Origin: an uncultured bacterium
GTDB taxonomy: Bacteria; Auribacterota; Auribacteria; Auribacterales; Auribacteraceae
Length of the DNA stretch: 64,000 nt
NCBI GenBank assembly: GCA_964451165.1
Contig: CAYVGJ010000001.1
Location: 47,071 to 111,070, forward strand
Reading direction: 5' to 3'
Below the pieces are notes generated by a model, which was given only the letters and a program-made list of their open reading frames with translations, searched no databases and was not told the DNA's origin. The position numbers were made by a program, and so were the translations under genes. This document shows, piece by piece, positions 35,250 through 45,978 of this stretch (positions are counted from its first letter, which is position 1; the number at the start of each line of letters is the position of its first letter).

Positions 35250-36428
35250 TTAAGATGCCTTGTGGGTGTTCATAAACCTTTCGGCGAGCTTAATTCGTCT
35301 GGAAATACTTGGATGATCGTGCAGAAGAAACTCGATTATCGGATTTGGCTGATCGTCCGCCAGGTTCTGGTCAGCGAGTTTTGTCATAGCGGTTATGAAA
35401 TCTTTAGGTAAATTGGTTTGTTTAAGGGCAAAAAGGTCGGCCTGGTTTTCAAGGTATCTGGAATATGTGCTGTTCAAAGGAGACGTAAATATTGAAAATA
35501 AGAACATGCAAAGCAAAAATACCGGGAAACCGGCAATATCAGCAATACCGTTGTAACCAAGATTCATAACGACATCATTGAAAATAAGGCTTATTAAATA
35601 CAATCCGGCGAAAGTTATGAATGCGCCGAAAAATATAAGTTTCCAAATATGTTTATAATAAAAATGACCGAGTTCGTGGGCAAGCACAACCTCTATTTCC
35701 TCATTTGAAAAATTATCGAGGAGAGTATCACCAAGAATTATTCGTTTTGTGTTGCCTAATCCGGTTAAAGCGGCGTTGGCTTTTTTGGTTTTTGTTGATA
35801 GGATAATCTCATAAACGCCTGAAATTTTCGCTTTAACTTTTTCCGCAAGGAAAATCAATTTATTTTTAAGATCTTCATTTTCTAAAGGTTTTAATTTGTA
35901 AAAAAGAGGTATTATAATTACCGGGAATATATTGCTCAGGATAATGCCGAAAAGAAACCACATTGAACCGACCCATAACCACCACGAATGTTTCGCGTAA
36001 ACCAAAAATACGTATAGTACAAGTCCGAGCAAAAGCATAAAAATTACATTTAAAATGTATGATTTGAACCGGTCTTTAATCCACATCCAGAAACTCTCGT
36101 TGGATAACTGGTATTTGTGTTCAAGTAAATATCCGCCATAAAAACTGAACGGTGTAAGAAACAAAAAATAAATTGTTGTTGTGATTGTGATATATATAGA
36201 AACCTGGAGCCAGTAGTTATTTGACCATGACCGAATCAGACCGGCAAGTTGGTTTGAGTAACCGCCGTTTCCACCGGTAAATATAAAAACCAGTAGAACC
36301 ATCAATGTGAAGACAATATCAATCAAAAAAAGAATATTGTGAACTCGCTCATATTGTTTTGCGAGTTTCTTGCGAGTTTCCGGGTTTTCGGGCTCAGGTT
36401 TGGCTGTTATAATCGTCGTATCGGTCAT
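35250..36428 (-). CDS. M48 family (Ste24-like) membrane metallopeptidase
   Basis: KANAALTG, DTLL, AHELGH (HExxH), ENQAD, HDHP....RI. Confidence 0.92.
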   Translation of the reverse strand: MTDTTIITAKPEPENPETRKKLAKQYERVHNILFLIDIVFTLMVLLVFIFTGGNGGYSNQLAGLIRSWSNNYWLQVSIYITITTTIYFLFLTPFSFYGGYLLEHKYQLSNESFWMWIKDRFKSYILNVIFMLLLGLVLYVFLVYAKHSWWLWVGSMWFLFGIILSNIFPVIIIPLFYKLKPLENEDLKNKLIFLAEKVKAKISGVYEIILSTKTKKANAALTGLGNTKRIILGDTLLDNFSNEEIEVVLAHELGHFYYKHIWKLIFFGAFITFAGLYLISLIFNDVVMNLGYNGIADIAGFPVFLLCMFLFSIFTSPLNSTYSRYLENQADLFALKQTNLPKDFITAMTKLADQNLADDQPNPIIEFLLHDHPSISRRIKLAERFMNTHKAS

Positions 36429-36434
36429 TATGTA

Positions 36435-36875
36435 TCATTTCTCCAATTTTTTGCCGGCGAGAGTTAATCTTTTAATAGCCCTTTCAAGAGCGTTTTGCGC
36501 ACGGAAAGTATCTGTTCCGTCTTTCAGCTCGCTAAGAACTTTCTCGGCTTTATCTTTAGCGGTTTTAGCACGCTCCTGATCTATATCGGAAATTTTTTCC
36601 GATGAAGGTGTGAATATAGTTACTACATCGTCTTCCACATGAAGGTATCCGCCGGAAACAAAATAATTGAGTTTGGATTCTTTTGTCCTGGTGCCCTTTG
36701 CTGATTTCTTAACCGGTTCCATGATTATCTCGCATATTCTAAGCCCGGTTATAAAACGGGTATGTCCGGGATAAATCACAAGCTGACCTTCGCTACCTTC
36801 AGCGACTAATTTTGTGCATTCAAAGGATGCGATTTTTTTCTCCGGAGTTAATATATTAATTTTGAGAATAGACAT
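36435..36875 (-). CDS. atpC: ATP synthase F1 epsilon subunit
   Basis: ILTPEK, EGQL..YPGH, SGGY, DID.ERA..A; ATG at 36875 follows an AAGGCGG SD. Confidence 0.9.
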   Translation of the reverse strand: MSILKINILTPEKKIASFECTKLVAEGSEGQLVIYPGHTRFITGLRICEIIMEPVKKSAKGTRTKESKLNYFVSGGYLHVEDDVVTIFTPSSEKISDIDQERAKTAKDKAEKVLSELKDGTDTFRAQNALERAIKRLTLAGKKLEK

Positions 36876-36887
36876 TTTCAATCCGCC

Positions 36888-38294
<1,407 letters not shown>

Positions 38295-38320
38295 CTACCC
38301 TTTAAGCATTTATATTTTGA

Positions 38321-39178
38321 TTACTTATTAAGAGCCTCAGCTCCGCTTACGATTTCTATAATTTCCTTTGTGATTATCGCCTGGCGTGCGCGGTTATACG
38401 CAAGTATCAGGTTATCTATGAGTTCCGACGCGTTTTTGGTTGCAGCGTCCATAGCGTTCATTCGGGTTATCTGTTCAGACAATTCCGATTCAAGGAGTAT
38501 CCTTAACAACTGGATTTCGATATAATGATTAATCAAGTTATCGAATACAGCCGTTGAAGACGGCTCATAAACGAGTTTGCGTGTGGACAAATTATCAGGC
38601 CTATTTTCAAAATATCTCGTTAAAGGAAACATCTGCTCGAGTTTTAGGGATTGTTTACCCATTGACTCAAAATGGGTGTATAAAATATCAATTTTTGTAT
38701 AAGAGCCAACAGCAAAACATCTTGAAATATGACGCGCGAGGCTCGCGCAGATCTTGTAATTAAGTTTACCGAATATATCCGCTTTCTCGCCGATAATTTT
38801 TGCACCTTCAAGTTTATGGAAAAAAGCCTTTCCTTTTTTTCCAATAATGAACAGGTCTGTATCTTTAATTTGTTTCATAGCTGTTCTTATGACATTGGCG
38901 TTGAACCCGCCGCATAATCCTTTATCTGCGGTTACCACGATAAGGAGCCTTTTTTCCTGATCGGTATGTGCGACAAAATATTTATTGTACCTGAGTACAA
39001 CTTCCCATTGGATTCTCCAGAGGAGATTCTCAATGCTTTTTACATAAGCCTGGTTTTCCGATAACCTTGAATAAGCTTTCTTATATTTGGCCGTGGCGAC
39101 CATTTTCATAGCCCGGGTAATCTTGCGGATTTCCTTTACGGATTTAATTCTGTCTTTTACATCTTTTATGTTTTCCAT
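38321..39178 (-). CDS. atpG: ATP synthase F1 gamma subunit
   Basis: KITRAMKMVA, DKGLCGGFN, RMNAM..AT.NA, YNRARQA.IT.EI. Confidence 0.96.
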   Translation of the reverse strand: MENIKDVKDRIKSVKEIRKITRAMKMVATAKYKKAYSRLSENQAYVKSIENLLWRIQWEVVLRYNKYFVAHTDQEKRLLIVVTADKGLCGGFNANVIRTAMKQIKDTDLFIIGKKGKAFFHKLEGAKIIGEKADIFGKLNYKICASLARHISRCFAVGSYTKIDILYTHFESMGKQSLKLEQMFPLTRYFENRPDNLSTRKLVYEPSSTAVFDNLINHYIEIQLLRILLESELSEQITRMNAMDAATKNASELIDNLILAYNRARQAIITKEIIEIVSGAEALNK

Positions 39179-39181
39179 AGA

Positions 39182-40693
39182 TTAACTCAAAACAAATATT
39201 TTTTTGAATTCTTCGATTGCCGATTTTAACTTTTTTTCAATATCTTCAGTGATTTTCTGTTCGGATATAATCGAATCGAGAATATCTTTGTGGTTTTTAT
39301 CCATGAAATCAAGGTATTCGTTTTCAAACCGCCTGCATTGAACTACAGGTACATCATCGAGATAGTTATTAACGCCTACAAAGATGACGGCGATTTGTTT
39401 TTCCACGCTTAATGGTGTGTATTGATTCTGTTTGAGTATTTCAACAAGCCGTTCGCCTTTTTTCAGCTGAGCCTGAGTAGCTTTGTCGAGTTCTGTACCG
39501 AACTGGGCGAAAGCGGCCATTTCTCGGTATTGAGCAAGATCGATACGGAGCGAACCGGCAACTTGTTTCATGGCTTTTATCTGTGCGTTTCCACCTACAC
39601 GGGATACCGACAAACCCACGTTAATAGCTGGGCGAACGCCTGAATAAAAAAGGTTGCTTTCCAGATAAATCTGTCCGTCGGTAATGGAGATGACGTTTGT
39701 CGGGATGTAAGCCGATACGTCTCCCGCCTGTGTTTCGATTATAGGCAACGCTGTAAGTGATCCGCCGCCATGAGACTCATCGAATTTGGATGCTCTTTCA
39801 AGCAACCTTGAATGCAGATAGAAAATATCTCCAGGGTAAGCTTCACGTCCCGGCGGCCTGCGCAGAATCAAAGAGAGCTGGCGGTACGCGACAGCGTGTT
39901 TGGATAAATCGTCGTATATGATAAGAGCGTGTTTTCCGTTATCCATAAAATATTCGCCGATAGCGCAACCGGCATACGGCGCGATATATTGAAGCGGAGC
40001 CGGATCACTTGCCGTCGCGGCAACAACGGTTGTGTATTCCATGGCGCCGTAATCCTCAAGTGTTTTTATTACCTGAGCGACAGTTGATTTTTTCTGTCCG
40101 ATAGCCACATATATACAATAAACGCCTTTGCCTTTCTGGTTTATTATGGTATCAAGGGCAATAGCTGTTTTTCCTGTCTGGCGGTCACCGATGATCAGTT
40201 CGCGTTGACCGCGTCCGATAGGAACCATGGCGTCGATAGCTTTCAAACCTGTCTGGATAGGTTCCTTAACTGGCTGGCGGTCGACAACACCCGGCGCGAT
40301 TCTTTCAATCGGATAGAACTTCTGTGATTTTATAACACCTTTCCCGTCAATCGGTTCACCGATCGCGTTAACAATCCTGCCGCAGAGTCCTTCACCTACA
40401 GGTACCTCAACTATTCTTCCCGTAAGTTTGACGATATCTCCTTCTTTGATCAGGGTATCATCGCCGAGGATAGCTACGCCAACCACGGATTCCTCAAGGT
40501 TCATTACCATTCCTTTAATTCCCTTGCCCATATCGATCAACTCACCTGCCATAGCGTTATCGAGCCCGTAGATAGTGGCTACTCCGTCTCCCACTTGCAG
40601 TACGGTTCCTACATCATCGAGTTTCATTTCTTTCTGGTACTTGGAAATTTTATCTTTAATGAGAGAACTTATCTCATCGGGCTTTATTTGCAT
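39182..40693 (-). CDS. atpA: ATP synthase F1 alpha subunit
   Basis: [24 protein letters not shown]-like GVRPAINVG. Confidence 0.98.
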   Translation of the reverse strand: MQIKPDEISSLIKDKISKYQKEMKLDDVGTVLQVGDGVATIYGLDNAMAGELIDMGKGIKGMVMNLEESVVGVAILGDDTLIKEGDIVKLTGRIVEVPVGEGLCGRIVNAIGEPIDGKGVIKSQKFYPIERIAPGVVDRQPVKEPIQTGLKAIDAMVPIGRGQRELIIGDRQTGKTAIALDTIINQKGKGVYCIYVAIGQKKSTVAQVIKTLEDYGAMEYTTVVAATASDPAPLQYIAPYAGCAIGEYFMDNGKHALIIYDDLSKHAVAYRQLSLILRRPPGREAYPGDIFYLHSRLLERASKFDESHGGGSLTALPIIETQAGDVSAYIPTNVISITDGQIYLESNLFYSGVRPAINVGLSVSRVGGNAQIKAMKQVAGSLRIDLAQYREMAAFAQFGTELDKATQAQLKKGERLVEILKQNQYTPLSVEKQIAVIFVGVNNYLDDVPVVQCRRFENEYLDFMDKNHKDILDSIISEQKITEDIEKKLKSAIEEFKKIFVLS

Positions 40694-40700
40694 ATATAGT

Positions 40701-41252
40701 TCATCCTTCCTGTTTTAAAGCTTCTTGTAAACGTCTTAAATCTCCTTTTACGGAGTAATCTATAATATGATTGTCGAGATGAATAAGTATACCGCCTATT
40801 ATTTCTGGTTTGAGCTCATATTTTAATTCGACAATTTGATTGTACCGTTTTTCAAGCAACGATTTGAGCTGTTTTTTCGTATCCGGCCCTAATTCCTGTA
40901 CACTGAATATAGTACCGCTAATAATGCCCATTTCCTGTTTTGCCAACTTTCTAACAAAAAAGAGTATTTTTTCAAGAAGCTTGATTCTGCCGTTTTCAAT
41001 TAAAATAAACAAAAAATTGATAATTTCATTTTCAATACCGGCTTTTTTGAGTATCGATTCGATCATGTCTTTACGCTGAGCCAATTTAATAAGAGGATTA
41101 ACCAAAAAATCAATCAAAATCTGGTTTTGCTTAAAAATATCGCAAATCTTTTCAAGCTGATCAAGAAAACCGGAAATATTCTTTTTTTCTTTAGCCGCTT
41201 TGACAAAAGAAAAAGCGTAAGTACGTGAGATTTTTAGTTCTGTCAGTTCCAT
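40701..41252 (-). CDS. atpH: ATP synthase delta subunit
   Basis: Position; YA..F, FL.NP, PEIIGGI, IDYS. Confidence 0.9.
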   Translation of the reverse strand: MELTELKISRTYAFSFVKAAKEKKNISGFLDQLEKICDIFKQNQILIDFLVNPLIKLAQRKDMIESILKKAGIENEIINFLFILIENGRIKLLEKILFFVRKLAKQEMGIISGTIFSVQELGPDTKKQLKSLLEKRYNQIVELKYELKPEIIGGILIHLDNHIIDYSVKGDLRRLQEALKQEG

Positions 41253-41728
41253 TTTTCAATCTTTTTCAGAGCGTCGTTGATAATTTTTTGTTGATCCTGC
41301 GGTTTAATTTCTCGTTCAAGAATTTTCTGGGCAATATCCATGGCCACATCAGCTAAATTGTTTTGTAGTTCCGCTTTAGCTTTTTCTAATTCAATTTCAA
41401 GAGATTTTTTCCCGTTGACAATTATCGCGTTGTTTTCTTTTTCAGCGTTTGCGATAATAATATGAGCGTCGCTTTCCGCGCGTTTATGTGCCATTCGCAC
41501 AATTTCCGCGGCTTCTTTTTTAGCGTTTAAAAGTTCTGTTTCCTGTAAAACTTTCAAATCGGTGGCTTCCTGTTGGAGCCTGGAAGCATCAGCCATATCC
41601 ATCTCAATCCCTTGCGCGCGCCGGTCGAGATAATCGAGTATTTTTGAAAACAGAAACTTGTTCAGCAACCATAATAGTATGGCGAAATTAATCACCTGAA
41701 TGATCATTGTAAAACTGATTTCTACCAA
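41243..41728 (-). CDS. atpF: ATP synthase Fo b subunit
   Basis: QVINFAILLWLL..FLF..I...LD.R followed by a coiled coil; TTG start. Confidence 0.92.
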   Translation of the reverse strand: MVEISFTMIIQVINFAILLWLLNKFLFSKILDYLDRRAQGIEMDMADASRLQQEATDLKVLQETELLNAKKEAAEIVRMAHKRAESDAHIIIANAEKENNAIIVNGKKSLEIELEKAKAELQNNLADVAMDIAQKILEREIKPQDQQKIINDALKKIEKWN

Positions 41729-41762
41729 AGGAACTCACCCCTTCCAAAAGAATAAGCGATTA

Positions 41763-42017
41763 TTATTTTACAACAAAAAGCATGAGGAGCGCGATAACAA
41801 GAGAATATATACCTGTTGATTCCGAAACCGCCTGACCGATAAGCATAGTTCTTAAAATAAGGTTAGCGTTCTGTGGTTCACGGGCAACACCTGAACATGC
41901 TTGTCCTGCGGCATAACCTTCGCCGACGCCCGGTCCGATAGCTCCGAATCCCATACAAATACCGGCGCCAACCATTGCCGCCGCCCTGATTAAATCCGCA
42001 CCTGAAAAATCAACCAT
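41763..42017 (-). CDS. atpE: ATP synthase Fo c subunit, single hairpin, Na+-type motif
   Basis: GPGVGEGYAAG ... MLIGQAVSESTGIY. Confidence 0.95.
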   Translation of the reverse strand: MVDFSGADLIRAAAMVGAGICMGFGAIGPGVGEGYAAGQACSGVAREPQNANLILRTMLIGQAVSESTGIYSLVIALLMLFVVK

Positions 42018-42040
42018 ATTTTTGTCTCCTTTTTTAAACC

Positions 42041-42538
42041 TTAAACCATTATTAACAAAAGTGCTATTACCAAAGCGTAAATGCTGGTCGATTGTGAAAC
42101 CGCCTGGCCGACGAGCATCATTCGCATGATTACCGCTTCTTTATCCGGGTTAGCGCTAACGCCTTCGCATGCGCCAGCGTTTGCAAGACCGGCCCCTATA
42201 CCCGGGCCGAATGCGCCGCTACCCATACACAACCCTGCGCTGATGGCGGCGAAAAAAGTAATAAATTCTTTGCCTTTTAACGGCGTAAACAGCAACATAA
42301 TAGATACGATAAGCGAAAATAAAGCCGGTGATTCCGTTACCGCTTGTCCGATAAGCATTGTTTTTAATATATTACCTGAAACGTAAGGCTGGCGTGAAAT
42401 TCCTTTACACCCTTCGCCGGCGGCCAAACCTATTCCGTAAGCCGCTCCGATAGCGCCTAATCCCATTGATAATCCAGCTCCCAGAAAAGCTCCAAATCTT
42501 GCTAAATCTGCATCCGGCATAAAAAAATCCTTATTCAC
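42041..42538 (-). CDS. atpE: ATP synthase Fo c subunit, duplicated double-hairpin form
   Basis: Two c-like halves: MLIGQAVTESPALF and MLVGQAVSQSTSIY. Confidence 0.9.
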   Translation of the reverse strand: MNKDFFMPDADLARFGAFLGAGLSMGLGAIGAAYGIGLAAGEGCKGISRQPYVSGNILKTMLIGQAVTESPALFSLIVSIMLLFTPLKGKEFITFFAAISAGLCMGSGAFGPGIGAGLANAGACEGVSANPDKEAVIMRMMLVGQAVSQSTSIYALVIALLLIMV

Positions 42539-43421
42539 TAACCATTAAAGAAACATAAACCAGAGCCAGCATGGAAAACACAAATGCCTGGATGGTTCCA
42601 CCGAACAACCCGAAAAAGGCGTTCAAAAATATCGGCGGGCCGATAGGAAACCCGATTGGCCAGCCTGTTAACATTTTAAAAAACGAGATGCTCAATCCCG
42701 ATAAAACCAGAAAAATAATGGCTCCGCCGAATATATTGCCGAAAAGACGGAACGAGTGTGATATCGTTTTGCCGAACTCGCCGATTATATTCAGGAATCC
42801 CATTGGAATATTGGGTATGGTAACTTTGCCTATTTGGAACGAAGGTTCGAAAAATTCTTTTAAATATTTAACAGGGCCTCTGATAATAATACCGCTTATA
42901 TGAGCCACAAAGAAACACATTAAACCGAAACCGAGTGTTGTATTCAGGTCTCTGGTTGGTTCCTCAAGGACCATCCATTTTGGGAAAACGCCGTCAACGA
43001 TCAGCCAGAAATTGGGAATAATACCAAGCCAGTTGGAACATAAAATAAAAATAAACAGGGTAGCTACGAACGGCAAATATTTTCTGCCGAGTTTTTCGCC
43101 CAGAACATCTTTGCATAAAGTATCGAACATGGTGACAAAAAGTTCGCCAACCATTTGTAGCCTGCCGGGTTTCGGTTTGAGTTTGCGGGTCATAAAGTAA
43201 CTGGATATAACCAAAAACGCCATGATAAGCCATGTGTTTAAAACAGTGACGATATTTATCCCGTTGATCGGAATTTTGAAACCCATGATTGAATTGATCT
43301 TGATTCGGGGTTCTCCGATACCTTCGGATAAATCGACATGGGTAAAATAGGTTAAAGAAAACTCTATTATAAGGATAATCGCAATCCAAAATATTATTTT
43401 TAGTATCTTATTTTTTTTCAT
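42531..43421 (-). CDS. atpB: ATP synthase Fo a subunit
   Basis: PTRDLNTT, SHSFRLFGN, IQAFVFSML. Start placed at the ATG at 43421 overlapping the upstream gene end; the ORF extends to 43442. Confidence 0.93.
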   Translation of the reverse strand: MKKNKILKIIFWIAIILIIEFSLTYFTHVDLSEGIGEPRIKINSIMGFKIPINGINIVTVLNTWLIMAFLVISSYFMTRKLKPKPGRLQMVGELFVTMFDTLCKDVLGEKLGRKYLPFVATLFIFILCSNWLGIIPNFWLIVDGVFPKWMVLEEPTRDLNTTLGFGLMCFFVAHISGIIIRGPVKYLKEFFEPSFQIGKVTIPNIPMGFLNIIGEFGKTISHSFRLFGNIFGGAIIFLVLSGLSISFFKMLTGWPIGFPIGPPIFLNAFFGLFGGTIQAFVFSMLALVYVSLMVSE

Positions 43422-43854
43422 TACCGAACCCCATGAATACATATTCTATATATAATATTATCTGGATTAGAAACAATCCGAGAATAAAAGTGCTGAGAGT
43501 GAAAATTTTCACGGTAACTGCGATGATAAAAGCTATTGATAAGATAATATACCTTATGAAATATCCGAAAATCAATCTTTTTTGTCCGGTTGACTTTTTT
43601 TTTGTTCTTAATACGTCGTTTGCCATCATGGTTACGCCTTTTCCCATCAGGAAAAAGTTTATCCATCCCATGAAAGCACCGAAAATCAGTCCGGGAATAT
43701 AAAATTTCATGTCAGTGATCCAGAAAACGCAACTCATCAAAGAACAGACAAACAATATCTTTTTCAATAAAGATAAAGTTACCGGTACGATAGACGGATC
43801 AATAGCGAATAAATCTTTTAAAGTTTCAAGTCTTTTTTTATCAATCTGTAACAC
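43408..43854 (-). CDS. atpI: ATP synthase subunit I-like membrane protein
   Basis: Four TMs, 'FIRYIIL' motif, position directly before atpB. Confidence 0.7.
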   Translation of the reverse strand: MLQIDKKRLETLKDLFAIDPSIVPVTLSLLKKILFVCSLMSCVFWITDMKFYIPGLIFGAFMGWINFFLMGKGVTMMANDVLRTKKKSTGQKRLIFGYFIRYIILSIAFIIAVTVKIFTLSTFILGLFLIQIILYIEYVFMGFGNEKK

Positions 43855-44099
43855 TGGAAAAACCCTGCTATGATTCCTGCGATTAGAAATATTATAAGAA
43901 AAAAATGATTGCTTCCAAATATTTTATCAAGCCATAATCCTAAAAAAAAACCCGCGAGTATACATAATACCATTGTAAAGCCCAAATTGCCTGCGAAAAA
44001 AATTATCGACATAAGTTCTTTTGTATCTGAGCTTTTTTTCTGCTGATTATCTGACCGGGTAATCTTATCTTGAGTTTTATTGTCGGATTCTGTCTGCAA
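43818..44099 (-). CDS. AtpZ/AtpI family small membrane protein
   Basis: GFFLGLWLDKIFG...LIAGIIAGF two-TM pattern, first gene of the atp operon; start uncertain. Confidence 0.75.
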   Translation of the reverse strand: MQTESDNKTQDKITRSDNQQKKSSDTKELMSIIFFAGNLGFTMVLCILAGFFLGLWLDKIFGSNHFFLIIFLIAGIIAGFFQCYRLIKKDLKL

Positions 44100-44934
44100 T
44101 TCGGTCGAACTCCTCTTGCGATTCGAAATGAATTATTATTCTGCCTTTGTCAGAAGATGCGAATTTTATTTCCACTGGTGTGTTCAGTTTTTCTTTCAGG
44201 TTCAATGTCAGTTTGTATGATTTATCTTCGATAGCCGGTTCGAGTAAAAGTTGTTTTTCTTCTTTTGGGTCATTGATATCCTGTACCAGCTTTTCAGTTT
44301 GGCGGACAGTTAAGTTTTTTCGTATTACTTTCTCGAATATTCTCATTTGATCTTCAGTCGACGCTACCCCGAGTATAACTTTCGCGTGCCCTACGGATAA
44401 GGAACCGTCGATTAGTGCGTTCTGGATATGATCAGGCAATTTAAGAAGCCGCATGGAATTAGTGATCGAGGTTCTGCTTCGCCCTACGGTTTTCGCCACG
44501 GCATCCTGGGATAACCTGAACTCATTGCATAAGGTCATATAACCTTTTGCTTCTTCAATAGGATTCAGATCGTCGCGCTGTATATTTTCAATTAAAGCGA
44601 GTTCAAGAGATTTCTGATCAGTCACGTTTTTAACTATAGCTGGAATTTCGTCAAGCCCTATTCGTTTTGCTGCGATATATCGCCGTTCGCCAGCGATAAT
44701 TTCATAACCTTCAGGCGTTTTGCGCACTATTATGGGTTGAATTACACCGTGTTCGCGGATAGAGTTTTCCAGATCGTTTAATTTTTCTTCAATAAATGTG
44801 TTTCTAGGCTGATATTTGTTGGACACAATTTCGGTTAGGGCGATTTTTCGAACGAATTCCCTATCGAGATCTGTAATAGGTATTAGAGAGCTGAGCCCGC
44901 GTCCGAGAGCGGATTTTTTCTGTGATTCATCCAT
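44077..44934 (-). CDS. parB: Chromosome partitioning protein ParB/Spo0J
   Basis: LGRGLSSL, QPR, GVIQP, IAGERR, ALIENIQRDDLNPIEEA, HTH. Confidence 0.96.
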   Translation of the reverse strand: MDESQKKSALGRGLSSLIPITDLDREFVRKIALTEIVSNKYQPRNTFIEEKLNDLENSIREHGVIQPIIVRKTPEGYEIIAGERRYIAAKRIGLDEIPAIVKNVTDQKSLELALIENIQRDDLNPIEEAKGYMTLCNEFRLSQDAVAKTVGRSRTSITNSMRLLKLPDHIQNALIDGSLSVGHAKVILGVASTEDQMRIFEKVIRKNLTVRQTEKLVQDINDPKEEKQLLLEPAIEDKSYKLTLNLKEKLNTPVEIKFASSDKGRIIIHFESQEEFDRIADRIRQ

Positions 44935-44966
44935 GATAACAACCCCTTATTTGGCGAAAATATTAA

Positions 44967-45752
44967 TCAGCAGACCGTAACCAGTTCGTTTTTTCTAAGA
45001 AACTCTTTGGCGAGTTCTCTATAAGCCTGTGCTCCAAGAGACGATGGATCGTAATACAGAGCCGGTTTGCCGTAACTTGGCGCTTCGCTCAACTTCACAT
45101 TTCTTGGGATTATGGTTGAAAAAATATACTCGCGGTCACGGAAAAAGTTTTTTACTTCCTCAACAACCTGAAGTGAAAGTTTGGTTCTTCTGTCGCACAT
45201 GGTCAGGAGTATGCCTTCCAGAGTCAGATCGGGGTTTAAACCTAACCTGATTAAGTTCAGAGCGCCGATAAGTTGGCTCAATCCCTCGAGCGAATAATAT
45301 TCCGTCTGAATGGGTATCAGTACGGAATCCGCCGCGGTTAGAGCGTTTACGGTAACCAAAGTGAGTGACGGCGGGCAATCTATGAAGATATAATCGTATT
45401 CCATCCTTAGAAGGCTTAATCCTTCGCGCAACCTTTTTTCTCTTCTTTCCAGCCCGTAAAGTTCAACGTCGATTCCGCTCAAATCTTTTGTGGACGGGAT
45501 AATATGAAAATTGCTATAACCGGTTTCTATGACTATGTCGGTAAGCTGAAAATCATCAACAAGAGCTTCATATAAGCCGACTTGAACTTTTTTAAGGTCT
45601 ACTCCGAGGCCGCTGGTGGAATTTCCCTGGGCATCAGCATCGATCAGGAGAACTTTAATACCATGTTCCGCAAGTCCTGCACAAAGGTTTACAGCGGTCG
45701 TGGTTTTGCCTACTCCGCCTTTCTGATTCGATATGCTAATCACTTTTCCCAT
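44967..45752 (-). CDS. parA: Chromosome partitioning ATPase ParA/Soj
   Basis: NQKGGVGKTTT, DADAQGN, IDCPPSL, IPRNVKLSEAPS. Confidence 0.96.
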   Translation of the reverse strand: MGKVISISNQKGGVGKTTTAVNLCAGLAEHGIKVLLIDADAQGNSTSGLGVDLKKVQVGLYEALVDDFQLTDIVIETGYSNFHIIPSTKDLSGIDVELYGLERREKRLREGLSLLRMEYDYIFIDCPPSLTLVTVNALTAADSVLIPIQTEYYSLEGLSQLIGALNLIRLGLNPDLTLEGILLTMCDRRTKLSLQVVEEVKNFFRDREYIFSTIIPRNVKLSEAPSYGKPALYYDPSSLGAQAYRELAKEFLRKNELVTVC

Positions 45753-45978
45753 ATATCATTTTCCCCAGTTTTAATTAGACAAATATTAGCTTTTTTCGCT
45801 GACGGAATCAAGCATTTTGGGAAAATATTTTATTAAAATACATATGAATGAAAGATTTGTAATTGACAAGAATCCGTTCTAAACATAAATTTATTTACCA
45901 AAATTATATTTAAGGTATAATGGCAGATTCATAAATAAACCAAATAATGCCTTAACTGTAATCAATAGTATTATTCGG

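Noticed and set aside
36700-36745. Lys-rich insertion in ATP synthase epsilon (KKSAKGTRTKESK)
   Set aside because: Probably a variable surface loop; nothing supports a special function.
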